A DNA stretch of 64,000 bases from Vicugna vicugna (lineage: Eukaryota), in the NCBI GenBank assembly GCA_013265495.1, contig MU057744.1:2121370-2185369 (forward strand). The letters are read 5' to 3'. The position numbers were made by a program, and so were the translations under genes. Positions within the stretch are counted from its first letter, which is position 1, and each line of letters starts with the position of its first letter. The notes beneath the pieces were generated by a model. The model ran no database searches, was not told the DNA's origin, and worked only from the letters and a program-made list of their open reading frames with translations. Positions 46,176-59,611 of the stretch are shown here, one piece after another.

Positions 46176-47004
46176 TCTTTTTGGTGATTAGCAAGAAAAG
46201 GAGTTGAAAGAAGCAAAAGACAGCATATCTCGTCTGCAGCTAACTCTTAGAGGGAGCAACTGTTCAGGGCAGGAGTAGGGAAGCTGAGTCCTTGGAGGCA
46301 CCAGACAGATGGATGTTGGTGCACAAAAGATCTGCTGAGACTTGACATTGAGGTTTAAGTTTGAGAAGAATCGCAAAGGTTGCTCAAAAGAACGTCACGG
46401 AAAAGGCAGTTGTAGGTTTTCCTGTGCAGGAAAAAGTTGCAAAGTAAACAGTTTGTCCTTGGCTATCCGTCCACATTCCATTTGTATTCTCATTCCTATT
46501 CTGTTATCCAGCCCAAGGGTCTATGCATGCATGTGGCTCACGGGACATCACCGGCCAGACCTGTCACCACAGCATCACCTCATAACATGAATATAATTGT
46601 CATCCCCAGTCAGAGCATACTGCAGCTTATCAGGAAATTAAGACCTAACTGTTAATTAGACGACAGGCAAGTGTGCTTTTCCCTCCCAGCAATTTATACT
46701 TCGGAACAATGATGCCTTCGGCTGAAGACGTGAACACTGAGGTCATAGACACCGTGCTTTCAGGCAGGTGGGGAGAGATACTTCTGGTATTAGGTCTTTG
46801 TCTGTCAAGTAGTCTTGGCTTTTCTTCTAGGCACATCATAAATTTGTTTTTCTATACCTGCTGGGGTTGAGAGGGGCTGTGGAACTGGTTCTGGCTGGAG
46901 TTGGGTATTTCAGAGCCAGGAGTCACTTCTGGAGCACTGAATTACCAGCGTGTCACTGCAGACCTTCTCCCTCGTGTGGATAAAAGGTCCTTTCACAGTG
47001 CAAG

Positions 47005-47572
47005 ACTAATCAATGGATTTGAAGGTAACTGAGTATGAAAAATCTATCAGTATAGTTTCAGATTTGTCATTGCAACAAAACTTCAGGAAAGCCACTTGGA
47101 GAATTTTTATGTAGTATTAAAGAAGAATAACCACAATTCTCTGTAAAGGCCGTTAGCAGGCTTCCCCTCTTTCCAGTTACCTATCTGGGCGAGTCAGGCT
47201 TTTTTCATATACTTCAGGCAAAACAACACTGTGCGACTGTCTGAATGTAGAAGCAGATATGAGAATCGAGTCGTGTTCTATTCATCCAGGAATACAAGAA
47301 ATTTTCCAAAGTATAAAATAACACCATTCTTTTTATTTTTTTGTTTGACAGATACAATTAATTCAGAAAATGTTACTTATATTAGTATGGTATGTGTGTG
47401 GTCTTTATATGAATTAAGACAAATATTTTTTTAAATATTTCAGTTTGAATTTCAAATATGGCAAACACATACTGACAGATACAACCTACATGAAACAGGC
47501 TCTTTGGGATTCCCAGTGATATGCAGGAGTGCAAAGGTGTCTGAGGCCACAGAGTTTGGGAAGCACCGACCT
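47005..47572 (+). mobile_element. hAT Charlie1-like DNA transposon 3' portion
   Basis: 'atcaatggatttgaaggtaactgagtatgaaaa...gactgtctgaatgtagaagcagatatgagaatc...ctgaggccacagagtttgggaagcac' ending in a TIR-like sequence. Confidence 0.8.
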
Positions 47573-47744
47573 GCACGGTCCCTTCCCTGTCTGTTCATTC
47601 CTCTGCTGCCTGTCTAATGTCTGCAGATGCGTCTTCACACCTGAATACATCTGTTCCTACCTGGGGTAGAGTTCCCTGCTTATTGAAGCTTACTGAATTC
47701 TTTTAAAAACTCAAATAGACATTTGTTCTCCCCTATTTTCTTTC

Positions 47745-48312
47745 ATAATTATTTATATTTATAGATATTTATATGTTACAGTTACATAATTTATGTATAA
47801 CATATAAAATATGTATAAATTATATATAAATATACATTATATGTTTATATATTATTTATATATTATTCATATATATTTTAAATATATAATATATAGCTAG
47901 TTATATTTAAAATGTTTATATATAACATGTTTATATATGTGTTGTATATTGTTTTATTTTATATGTTTATACATTATACATATTATTCATAAAATAATTT
48001 AAATGTATAATATCTATAACTGTTCATACTTACAGATATTTATATATAACATATGTATATGTACTCGATATCTTGTTTTATTTTGTTTGTATATTATTTA
48101 TACATATTATTCATATAGTTTAAATATATAATACCTGTAAGTATGAACAGTTATAGAAAATTGTATTTATATGTTATATATAAATATAGATGTTTATATT
48201 TAACATTTTTGTATACTTTATATATTGTTTTATTTTATATATGTTTATATATTATTTATACATATATTCATACATACAATTTAAATATACAATATATATA
48301 ATTATTTATACG
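47745..48312. repeat. Very AT-rich degenerate minisatellite (period ~120-160 bp)
   Basis: Recurrent 'ttgttttatttt...tatacatattattcata...tttaaatatataata' blocks near 47860, 47980, 48105 and 48260. Confidence 0.8.
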
Positions 48313-50337
48313 TAGCAGATAGAATTAGGTCTACATTTCTATTACAGAACATGCTGCATTAAAGTACCTTCTGCATGTCTGAAGGCTCCCTAGTCTGTGA
48401 GATCCTGAAGGGTGGGCGCTTTCCTTTAGTTATTAATGGAACAGCACCTACAGAAGGTCCTTATGGAGTATAGAAACCACCATAAGGACTCATACAAACT
48501 TTCTTCTGGAAGGACTGAATTTCGGGGCCCAAGAACTTCCTGCTCTTTTGTGTTCCTGCTGCAGAGCCCAGCTGGTGCCCATGACACTGGCCAGCAGTCA
48601 AGTACGTCTACCAGAAGGCTGGGTGCAAGGGCTTGTGGCCCGTGCTAGGCTTCAAAGGGAAATCAGTCAAGAGGAGAAATACTGTATTGTGGCCTGAGGG
48701 GTCTGGAGAGCTCCAGAGACTTCCAGCATTTTTAGGTGCCTCTAGAAGGCAATACCCACTCTCTGCAGACCGTCTTTCCCCGTGAAATTACAACCCACAG
48801 AAGTTATCCTGAAGGACTCAGCCCGGCTAATGAGAAGAAAACTTCCAGCTGGCAGTATCTGCTGAGAGCAACAGAGACACATGGCACGAGGGCTTTTCCA
48901 GAACTTTTCTAATTGGATGGAAGTGAGAACATTTCTCAAGATTAATAAGGGTGTCAAATCAGGTCCAGCTGGCAACCCCAAGGTCTCACCAAGTGTTTAA
49001 TGACACAGTGTGTGAGCACCAAGGCAACGTTAAGCAGCATCTGGAAGACGCTGCCGTGTGGAAGGAAGGTAGCTCCTCTCCTGGGAGGCCACGCCTGCTC
49101 TTCCCTGGGGCTGCTGACCACTGCCCAAGGCGGAGACTGAGAGGAAATAGCAGAAGCCCTGCTCTGTAGACAGGCTTCTCCAAAAGAAGCAAGTATTACT
49201 GATAACCACAAGCCAATCTGACATCTTCCCTGCCGTTCCCATCTGCTTCAGATACTCATGCTGGACAGTTTTCAAATGACAGCAGATGTCCCAGCTAGAA
49301 AAGAATTAATCAGCTGACAAGAATGCCATTACCTAGCTAATTTTATAGTTCCAGAAGTCAGAATCTGTTTTTGGCCATCACCCTGATTCCTCCACTTAAA
49401 ACCAGCTCTCTTGTCAAACAAATGATGTTTGCTTAGCTAAGTAGAGTTTATTACACGAAATATCTTTAAATACAAGTATCCAGGTGACGAGGTTGCACTG
49501 ATTTTTTTGGTCTTTAAATAAGCTTCTAATTCTTCAGATTCATAAAAATCCTGTACAGTGACAAAACAAAAGGGGAGTGGGCAAGACTATGTCAAATGCA
49601 GATTTCAACTTCGTATTGTTTAGCACAATCCATGTTCATTCACCATTAGTCAGTTGTGTTCTGCATAAAACAGAGGGGACATCAGTAGGCAAAGCTGATT
49701 TATGCTGCCCCACGCCCCTGCCTCTCTTCTTGTTATGTTGGAAATTCAGATTCAATACAGTGGTAGCCTCTAGACGTACTTGAGAGCATGCAGTGAACAA
49801 AACCTACTTAAAATGAAGCAAGTGTGCTTTCAGAACTGTGTTCCCAATAACCCGCTCTAACAACCCTCTGTCAGATGATCACTGCTCTGTAACTCAGGAT
49901 ACATTACAAATGTCTGTTATTTTGTTATCAGGACGGACACTTAAAATATCTATTTTGTTATCAGCCTGGGGTCCGAGAATTAGCAGAGAAGACTACCATA
50001 CTTTTAATCAAAATGGTAAGACTAGATAAGACCTATGGAATGAGATGAAACCCATGAGAGAAACTAGCGTAGTTCACTATCACTTACTAGGTACACAATA
50101 GATATTTCTAAGTTGCAAATTCTATCAAGCGCACAATATTCTAGGTTTGATTGTTTGGTACAATATAACAGTAGACTTCAACTTTACTTAACATAAAAAA
50201 GCTGCTTAAAATGGCAAGTGTCCTTTTGGACATTGGGTTAAGGCCCTACCTGTCTGGAATGGAGGTGAGGCCCAATGGCAGACAGTTCCAGAATGGGGAG
50301 GGTTCATTCTGAATAGATAAATAGCATATATCCATTT

Positions 50338-50570
50338 ACAGTAGGCAGAATGCAGCATCCCCCACCCCACCCCCAAAAACATAAACAAAAACAAAAAACA
50401 AAGAGAAGTTCACACCCTAACCTCTGGAACCTGTAATCTCTTTTGCCTTACATGGCAAAAGGTTCTTCACAAATATAATTCAAGTTCCAGACCCTATGAC
50501 ATGGGGGATTATCCAGATGTGCGGTATTTAATCACACGAGCCACTGGAAATAAAGAGCTTCCTCCAGTTC
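50338..50570 (+). mobile_element. MLT1 (MaLR) LTR 5' fragment
   Basis: 'gtaggcagaat...cacaccctaacctctggaacctgtaa...ccttacatggcaaaagg...ggattatccagatgtg'. Confidence 0.75.
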
Positions 50571-51574
50571 TCTGGGGTTTCTCTTAGGAGTCAGGTTTCC
50601 TTTGGGAATTATGCTTTCATTGCTAGATACAATAATACTAGGCTCTTCTCAGGAACCATTGTGCACATTTAGAAAGAGGAGAAATAACTATGCAGTGTGA
50701 AGGTAGTCAGGGTGCACTGTTATGAGATCCCACTTACAAGCAACGTGGCCAGAGGTGTTGTGAGACTATGAACCCTCTGTTGTGAATGCGTGTAATTTCT
50801 GCACACGTTCTCATTAAGCCTATGGTGGGCAATGTCCACTGGGAACTTCTGAGAAGCTAGACTGTGCCCTACCACATAGAGACAGTATGTCAGCTGCAAA
50901 CATGGTTGCTTTTTTGTATCAGGCACTGCAGTCCCATTCAGCTTCTTTCTATGGAAACTTTGAGAAGTGGAACTCCATTTGAAAATGTTCTGTAGGTGAA
51001 GTAAAAGGAAGGCATTAGGCTGTTCACAGGCTGTTTTGAGTCATTAGAAGAGGGATGGGCCCAGCAAGGAACAGAATGGGAAGGCAGACCACGTGGTCAC
51101 AACCTGTGAGCCTTTTGTGGCCGGAGTGGGCAATGTATAGACTTACAGAGACCCAGTTAGGAAAGACTTGGTAAAGTATTTGTAAGCTTTGTAACGATTC
51201 CCTGTTGTCTTTCTTATTGTGGGTTATGAGCCTTCCTTTTGAAGCCGCCAGTCAGTTGAGGTGGTGCTGAAGGGAAAGAAGGAAAAGGAGACTTTATTCT
51301 GGCTCACGGTAAAATTTCAAAGTGAGAGCTGCAAACCTCTGAAGGTCTTCTCAGTGTGTGCTCGTCGATACACAAGATCCCCCTGTTGGAGGGAATCTGG
51401 AAAATCAGGGGTGGACCAAGAGTCCAGCAGCTCTTTTGCACATGTGCTTTGTCTCAACAAGGAAAGGCGAGCTCTTGTAGGTCACAAGGAAGCTAGTCTA
51501 AGAAGGCAGAGTGTAAAGGACCTCAAGACGGTCCAGTTTTATTTATTTACTGTAGCATCCTTTTGAAAAGTATT

Positions 51575-51900
51575 CGAGGCATCTGGAAATACTCTGCTTC
51601 CAGAAATGCCAGATTGACCGGGTTTGGATTTACCTTCCCACTTAAACAACTGGAAAGCCAAACAAAGGCTAGGAAACGGGTCTTCCACACCGGACAGCAG
51701 GAAACACAGGATGTGATTCCTGACGAAGGGAAGCATAAGGTGTGCTCTGTGATGTCCTAGTTCATTGCTTGAGCTGTCACAGCGCAGGGAGGGGAAGGTC
51801 CCGTTAACTCAGGAGACAGTGCTCTGAATTCATGGAGGCCGAAGTTGTCCGTGCCTGTGGGGCATGTTCCAGACAGCGGAGAGCAGCAGAGCAGTCTGTT
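51575..51900 (+). mobile_element. Ancient L1M 5'-end fragment
   Basis: 'ggatttaccttcccacttaaacaactggaaagcc...acaggatgtgattcctgacgaagggaagca' resembles L1M 5'-end consensus. Confidence 0.6.
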
Positions 51901-51904
51901 CCAT

Positions 51905-53240
51905 TTCCTACTTGTCTATTATTTTATTCTAGATGCTTTTAGATTTATAATCTAGCTGGAAGAGATTTGGGGGCGCAGAGAGGCAAGGGTTCATCTTCCT
52001 TTGCTTCTACACGTGTATCCGACAAACCACTACCATTTATTTAAAAGGGCTCCTCTTCACAGTTCTCCAGTGTTACTTTGTTATGAGGCACAAAGCACTT
52101 GACTAAGTATGTCTGAGTTTCTTTCTGAACTCTGTTAATTTCCACTGGTCTTTGCAAAAAGAAGACACTTTAATTTCTGCAGCTTTACAATCAGTTTTAT
52201 TATTTGGTAGCGTGAGTGGTGGAGGAGGTCACTGCGAGGATGTGGGCTGTGAGGTGACGTGCGCGCTGGACCTGGATAGTGGGAGGGAGGCTCTTTAAGC
52301 CCACCCTGTCCTCAGGATGTACATTCTGCCCTGCTGTTTCCACGTTAGGAGTAACTTCAAGGATGCAGCCTTGAGAGAGAGATGTGTTACTGAGAGCATC
52401 TGGACTGGACACGTGACGAACCCCTTCAAGTCCTCTCTGTATGTGCAGAAATCTGTAAGCCTTGTGTGTGAGTTCCTACCTATTCCTCTTGCTTATTGAA
52501 ACTGCCACAGATCAACCCGGAGCGATCGGCGTCTTTCTGCTGTCTCTCCTTGCCCTCTGTATATGCGGGCCAGCTTTGGATTTGACTGAGGCAGCTCTGA
52601 GGTTGCAAACCAGTTAAGTCCTAATTTTTTTTTTCTTCTCGAAGATTGTCATGGCTATGGGTAAAATCTTTGCATTTCCTGCAAGGATTCTGATGGAGAT
52701 AGATAAACTTGGGAATAATCGATACATTTACAATAGTGGAGACTTACAATTCATAAACATATTTTAACTCTTTGCATATTTACTTTGGTTTCAGTAATTT
52801 TGCTAAAGTCATTTGTTTTAGTATAGAGGTTATTCTTGATCTCCTCAAAACACATTCATCTCACTGATAAATAAGGGGAGTTTATTTTGCAATCTTCTCA
52901 TATTTCATTTCCATTTCTTTCCTGTTGCACTGGCTAGGACTTCCTGTATAGAGCTGAACAGAATTGGTGAGAGTAGGTATCCATGTCTCATTCCCAACCT
53001 AATGAGTAAAACTTTCTTTCTTTCTTTATTGACATAATGTTTGCTATAGATTTTGTGGTAGTTCGTTTATAACAACGAAGATCCTTTTATTCATAATTTG
53101 TTAAAACATATCGTTTTGAAGATGTGTTGAATTTTACCAAATTTTATGCATCTGTTGAAACGATCATATGGTTTTTGTCTTTTTTATTGTACTGTGTAAA
53201 ATTACACTGATTACTTTTCAAACACCAAACCAATCTCTTG
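51905..53240 (-). mobile_element. Ancient L1M ORF2 fragment (antisense), interrupted by an LTR
   Basis: 'ttgcactggctaggacttcctgtatagagctgaacagaattggtgagagtagg...tgttgaattttaccaaattttatgcatctgttgaaacgatcatatggttttt'. Confidence 0.8.
52205..52615 (+). mobile_element. LTR, probably ERVL class (MER74-like), nested in L1M
   Basis: Homologous to 9962-10425 ('caaggatgcagccttgagagag', 'cttattgaaactgccac', 'gtctctccttgccctctgtat'). Confidence 0.65.
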
Positions 53241-53619
53241 CACAAGAGGAAGGAAAAACAAGGTGGTGGAGGAGGAAGGGAAAACAAAAGATTTGAGCAG
53301 AGATTCTCGTATATCCACATATAATCTGTCTCTCTGTCTGTATCCACAGCAAGGGGAATGTGAGACCACAACGTGGGGGAGAGCACAGGAGGCCGTGGAC
53401 TTGGGACAAAGTCAACCTTAGAACCAGTCCTGCTAGATTCCTGTAATCTTGCTTGGAGTTCTGCTGTTGGAAATGCACATATATTAATTTCATTGTATTT
53501 TATAACATTTTACTCTGTGTGTTTTTATTAAGTGCCTACTAACAGCCAGTTTTGCTGTTGAATCCATGGTTTCTGTCCAAATGAAACTTTTTCTAAGAAG
53601 GAGTATAATGCAAACCACA

Positions 53620-55275
53620 TAATCACGCAGGCAAAAATAAAACTGCGTTTGTGACATGTATTATATTGAGGGTCACATGGAGTAATTTAAGCTTAGATTG
53701 GGGAATTTGCATAAGTTGGGAGGTTACGAAAGGATTTCCAGAGGAAGAGATACTTGAATTGAGATCAGCTTAAAAGGTTGAGTAGGTGTTAGCTGAGTCA
53801 AGAGAGGAGGGATTAACAATGCAGACAGAGAGGACAGTACATGCAATGATTTTGTGGGGAGAAGGAACATGGCAAGAAAGAGGAGATTAGAAAGGAATCA
53901 GTATGGTTGAATAAGAGAACAAAGTTGCATGGTTTCAGGCAAAGCTGGCAGAAAAAGTAGAGGTTAGATCATATAGAATCTCATACGTAAGGTTAAGTAA
54001 TTTCTATTTTCCAAAGTGCAGTGTAAAGCCATTGATCGATTTGAAGAGAGACGTTATCACGGTCAGATTGGTGTTTTTAAAAGATGGATCTGGTTGTAAC
54101 GTGGTATGCGATTTAGAAGGATTTTTTTTCACCCAAGTAGATTTTATTTTAAATTGTGTCCATAGGACACATTTCTGGAGTGGGATCCAATTTCTAAACC
54201 AGCCATAGTGTCTGGAATTGCTTTGTCCACAATAAATACAAAACACAACACTGGAAATACTCAAGGGGAAACAATGAGAGTAATTGAGACTCTACAGGAA
54301 TCCACTCATCAGGTTGTGTGTAGACACTGCCGAAGCTCGCTAGTTAGCTGAAGCTAGGGGGCACAGAAGCTTAGACCAAGTGGAGTGCAAGTGGGACAAA
54401 CTGGATGGGTGCTAAAGGGACACCACAGGTAAAAGCGACAGAGATTTGTGGGGAGTGGTATGTTGAGGTGAGTTCCCAGCTTACACAAAGGATGTTTTTT
54501 CACTGACGTAGTAAGTCTGGAGGAAGTCCAGATTTAGAGTGAGGAATGATGAGAGAGTTAGTATCAGATATGTTGACTTTGAGATGCTCATGTGACTTCA
54601 AATAGAGCACGTCGAATATGCAGTTGTATATGTGTCCCGTGACCAAAAGAAAGGTCTGGGCTTGGAATAAACATAAATATAAGTCATTTGTGTAGAGGTG
54701 GTCATTGCAGCTACAGGTCAGGACATCTAGGGAAAACGTTCAAAGTGAGATAAAAAGTGACTATGGGATGGAGACTTGGGGATCCTTAACATCTAATGGC
54801 CGGTTAGAGAGGAGGAGCCTGCAAAAGAGACAGAGAAGAAATAACAACAGGATGGAAAGAAGACAAGATGAATGAGCTACGAGAAGCCAAAAAGAAGCAT
54901 TGTAAGGTTCAAATAATGATCAGAAACATTGAATGGTGACAAAAAGTCAAGTCAGATCATAATAGCTAATATTTTTGAGTGTTTGCTGTGTGCCTGGCAG
55001 TACTGTTTTAAGAGTTTCTTTAACATTAACTCTTTTAATCTCCACAAATCCTCCACAGCCAGTAGTCTAAACAGTCCTCAGTTTAATCATGATAGTAAAA
55101 CATGATCTGTTGTTCTTAGTGTCAAGTGGTCACTGGTGATCTTTGCTAGAGCTGTTTCAGCGAGGTGGTAGATTTTAAGAACCAATTTAGATGGGTTAAA
55201 AAGTGAGTGAGAGGTGAGAAAAAATAAAGCCAGGTAACATAGACACCTCTTGTAAAGACCAAGTGTGAAAGGGTT
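53620..55275 (-). mobile_element. Long L2 fragment (antisense) with a MIR piece at ~54955-55085
   Basis: Purine-rich antisense L2 motifs 'ggatttccagaggaagagatacttgaattgag', 'gatatgttgactttgagatgctcatgtgac', 'gtcactggtgatctttgctagagctgtttcag'. Confidence 0.8.
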
Positions 55276-55834
55276 GAGAGAATTGAGTCCCAGCAGGAGG
55301 CTCACGGGAGTTACTCATTTGCCAGCTTCTGAACTGTGGGTTGGCAGGGCTTTCTAGCCAGTGGGCCCTGACCAAGGTGCTGAATTTGTGTGCCTGTTGT
55401 CCCTTCACAAGATTTACCTTGAGGAACTAGAAAAATTCGGGGTAGGGAAGGGGGTGTTAGAAACCTGTGTGTGTGTGTTTAGGGATGTGTGTGTGCTTGG
55501 TGAGAGAGAGAAAGGCTGAGAGAGAGATTTTCTTTTCAGGGAACTGGTAGGCGTCAACCCAGCACAGCAGTGTTGTGTACAACAGGAGAACTGCTGAAAA
55601 CACTTGTTTTCCCTCTGACCTTGCCTTGGGACAGAATGCTGGTCTCCACATTTGCCCTGAGCAAGAATTCTGGTCCAGGTGTTCTTACGGGCACGTGAAG
55701 TCAGTCCAAGGCAGAAGCCCTTGTTTCTTATTGAGAGAACATGAGGAAAACCAGAAAACCAGTAGGCATCATGGCCTTTGGGCACTTGCTTTCTGATTCA
55801 GTCCTTCTCCAAACTGGGGATTTTAATCCAGCCT

Positions 55835-55947
55835 AGCTACTCGAAATGCTGTCTAGGACCAGGAGCATAACCATCATCAGGGAGGGTGTTACAAACGCAG
55901 GATCTACTCCTCAGGTAAAATCTGAACTTTATCATAGTGTCCTAGGA
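55835..55947. mobile_element. MER5A-like hAT MITE fragment
   Basis: 'gctactcgaaatgctgtctaggaccaggagcataaccatcatcagggagggtgttacaaacgcag'. Confidence 0.6.
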
Positions 55948-56399
55948 GAAGGGAGAAAGTCAGGCCTAATAATTACTTTTAGGAAAGTAAGGAATTGCCT
56001 GTAGTTCTCTGATAAATAGAATTTACCTGTTCTTAGGTCTGTACACAAGTACAGGGCTACCCTCTGGCTTATCTGTTCTCTGTCCACTGAGCAAGGGTCC
56101 AGCCTTCTCCCATGCAAAATGCTTAAGAGAGTAGCAGGTTGTTCTGTTCTCTTGCTTCAAATTCCCTTCACTCTTTTTCAAATATTTTAAGTCATTTAAA
56201 ATTGCTGGTCCTTGGCTGCAGGGACTCAGGTTACAAAAAAGGCAGAGCAAATTACTCCCCATCCCACAGATACACTTCTCCTTCTGGGATAAAATGAGTT
56301 CACAAAGACATCGGAGGAGCACAGTCATTAAAAAAAAAAAAATCCGGCAGGATTACAGATCTGAACAGAAGCAGAAATATTAGAACAGATGGGCCATGT

Positions 56400-58710
56400 G
56401 TTTAAAATAGAATTAAAATGACATTAAAAAGATTTATGTGTTCAACATTGAAAGAATACATATTTTATTTTAAGCCCATATGATGTGGAACATTTATAGA
56501 ACTGATTAGTATTAGGAAATTAAAAAAACCCTCAATCTATTAAATAAATAGAGTTATTACAGAACAAGATCTTTGATAACTTTAGAATTAAATAATAAAA
56601 AGGAAACTAAAAAAAAAAGAAATTCCTGAACATTTGGAAACAAGTGGAAGCCTCCTGAGCGATGCACGGGTTTAAGAAGTCAAAATGAAAATTTAAACAC
56701 TATTTAGAATTGAAAGTCTATGGAAACTGTATCAGAATTGGGAAGGGCTTTGTAAAATGGTTGGAATGTATAAAGTTAATGCTCTAAATACTTTATAAAG
56801 AAGACAGCCAAAATTAATGGACAGTGTCTGTACTTAAATTTACATTGAAAACCCCTGAGAATAGTGGATGATTTACTTGAAATAGTAACAGTTTGCATTA
56901 TCAGCTGGATATAAAATTAATGTAGAAACAGTAATGCATTTCTGTATATCAGCAGAGTAAATGTAATACAGAGAGTACAACATTTATAAAACTATCAGAT
57001 AATATGAGATAATCAGGAATAAAGCTAGCAAAAATATGTTTAAGAACTTCCTTTGGAAAGTTATAGAAGCTTTATTGAGAGACTGAAGAAGACTAAATAG
57101 ATGGACAGGTAAATGGTGCTCATATATAGAAAGAATTAATATTTAAAGATGTCATTTCTCTCTAAATGAATCTTGAGATTCAACGAGTTTTCAAATAGCA
57201 TTTGTCAGGGAACTTGAGAGGTAATTCTAAAATGTCCAAGAACTGTGGGGGTGTGTGTGTCCCAGTGCACAAGAGCATGTGTTTGTCAAAGCGGAACAGT
57301 TACTGGGGCTCTTTGTGAAACGGCAAATAGGACAGTGGTTTCTGTTCACAAAGAAATTAACCAGCAGAATGCATTTCAGAAACTGACTGATCCAGGGAGG
57401 TACAGATACCAGTCTAGGCTGGAGCTGTTGTGACAGGTGAGTGAGAATGAACAGACAGTTTGAAAAACTGAGTTGGAAAAATATTTTATATGGAAAAATG
57501 TTAATGTTGGATTTCTACCTCACACCGTTTAAAACAGTCACCTCCAGCACTGCATTGTAAACTGACCATACTTCAATAAAAAAGAACTGAATAAAATAAA
57601 ACAATCACCTCCATATGAATTTAGGACTAAATCTAAAAAAGAAATAACATTTGAACATTGAAAAAAACATAAGTGAATATTTTTAGAGCTCAGCAGAGGT
57701 GTGGTGTCTTCAATAAGGCATGAAAACAATTTTCTATAAAAGAGAAGCTTACTAAACTTAAAATACTAAGATTAATCACTTTTGTTCATCAAAGATTAAT
57801 TTTTAAAGAAATTTCAAAGCTAAATTACTACCTGGAAAAAGAGATTCACCATACACACAACTAGGTCATTATCAAAAATATAGACGCATAAACAAACTAA
57901 AAGAAAAATCGGCAAAGAAATAGAAGTTCAAGATAATTGGTCATCAGGGAAACGCAGATCAAGACCTCAACTGAAGAGCATTTTATAAGCATTCTATTAG
58001 CAAAGTGAAAAATTCTTTTCAAACCAAGTGTAGGGGAGATGCAGCGCACAGAGTCACTGCTAGCGGTAAGTAAACAGAAGTCTGAAACCACCACGCAGTC
58101 ACTGTGAGAACATTTTGACATTTCCTCCCGAAGTCAGACACTCACACGTGCTATGATTTAGCCATTCAACGTCCAGATGCACGTCTCAGGGGAACTCTTG
58201 AATACGTCAACAGGAGACATTTGTAAGAGTATTCAGAGAAATGCTATTTCCATAGAAGTAAAAAAAGTTATTTCTTCTAAATGGGAAAATGGGAGAATAC
58301 GCTGTGTTACATTCCCACTGTGGAATGTTACTCAGGTAGTCACTACGAATAAGCTGCAGTGAGATGCCATGCACGGTGCAGCCTAGTGCCATCGTAGTCT
58401 GTGAGAATAGTCCCAAAGGCTGAACAGGGAGCCAGACCCTTTTTATGAAGTTAAAACATGAAAGTGACATTCTTGCCTATGAATCTAATTTTATCCTAAT
58501 CAACGTCCAAAATAACAAGAAGAAAAAAAGGCAAGCCCTGATTAGAAGGAGCCCATTGAGATTGCAAGTTTGAACGTGCAGGGAAGCGTAGAGGGGAAGT
58601 CTAAGGTAAAATCCTGGAGGAGGCGGGGGAGTTAGATGCCAGCTACACGGACTGGAAATTTAGGATGTCCACTGCTTAACAATTCAGTCCTCACGTCACT
58701 GAGGTGACCT
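56400..58710 (+). mobile_element. Ancient L1ME ORF2 / 3' fragments
   Basis: A-rich decayed ORF2 motifs ('gaagactaaatagatggacagg', 'ttggatttctacctcacacc', 'ttggtcatcagggaaacgcagatcaagacctcaac'). Confidence 0.75.
57547..57596 (+). mobile_element. Ultra-short (50 bp) LINE-1 3' terminus nested in L1ME
   Basis: 'cattgtaaactgaccatacttcaataaaaaa'; 17-bp TSD TAAAACAGTCACCTCCA (57530-57546) / TAAAACAATCACCTCCA (57597-57613). Confidence 0.9.
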
Positions 58711-59526
58711 GGAGTTTGTGTGCATTTGGTTTGTGTGCACGGGCGTGAGTCTAACTGCTCAAAAGGGGCACAGCAGTGCACGCACAAACAGAAGTACACT
58801 TGATGGGGAAGGAAGAAATCAGGAAATACGCATAGATGCATTTTGTTTCAGTTAAATGCAGACTTTTAGGAGAGGGGAAACCATTTACATTTGTTCATTG
58901 CAAGAATATCATTTGAACTAAGATTTTAAAATATGAACTAGCCACAAACTAGCTGCATAGAAGTTGAAGAGCCAAACACTCAAGACTGAAATGTCCTTTT
59001 ATGTACTGAAAGGGGAACGGCAAAGCTCAGACACACGACTTTCACTCTCAAACTTTTATAACTGTTTATATATTAATGAGATGTAGCCATCTATAAAATT
59101 AAGAAGGTTTAAAAAGTTAAATTACTCTCAATCAATATTCTCAGAATTTGTTAAGCATTGAAATCAGACATGCAGATTGAAATGAGGGAAAATTAATACA
59201 TTTTCAAATGATTTTTAAAAGGCAAAGACCTATTTACATATAAGATATGTTGGTGCTTCTCTCCAAAAATTCCAACAGGGAATATGACAAATTGACTTCA
59301 GGTTGTTAAAACATGTTATTAAAAAGTGTTTTCTCAAGATAGGACAACTTCTTTCTTACTTTGGGATACTCCGTTTTTGTTTAGAATGACAGAATGTCAC
59401 TTTAGACTTAATTTGGGAGGAATTTATTCCTAGCCATCTATTTTGAGGTTTATTATAAATTATGTCTAATCAAGGTTATTCTACCGTTGGTGGCGGGGGA
59501 GGAATCCTACCGAAAAACATCAACCC

Positions 59527-59611
59527 CAGGGGTTGGCAAACTTCATCCTAATGCTGAAATCCAGCTGGCAACCACTTTTTTGTAGACTCCACCATTTAAA
59601 AGTGGTTTTAC
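59527..59611 (+). mobile_element. MER58-like hAT MITE fragment
   Basis: Starts with TIR 'caggggttggcaaact'; 'aaatccagctggcaaccacttttttgta...aagtggttttaca'. Confidence 0.6.
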
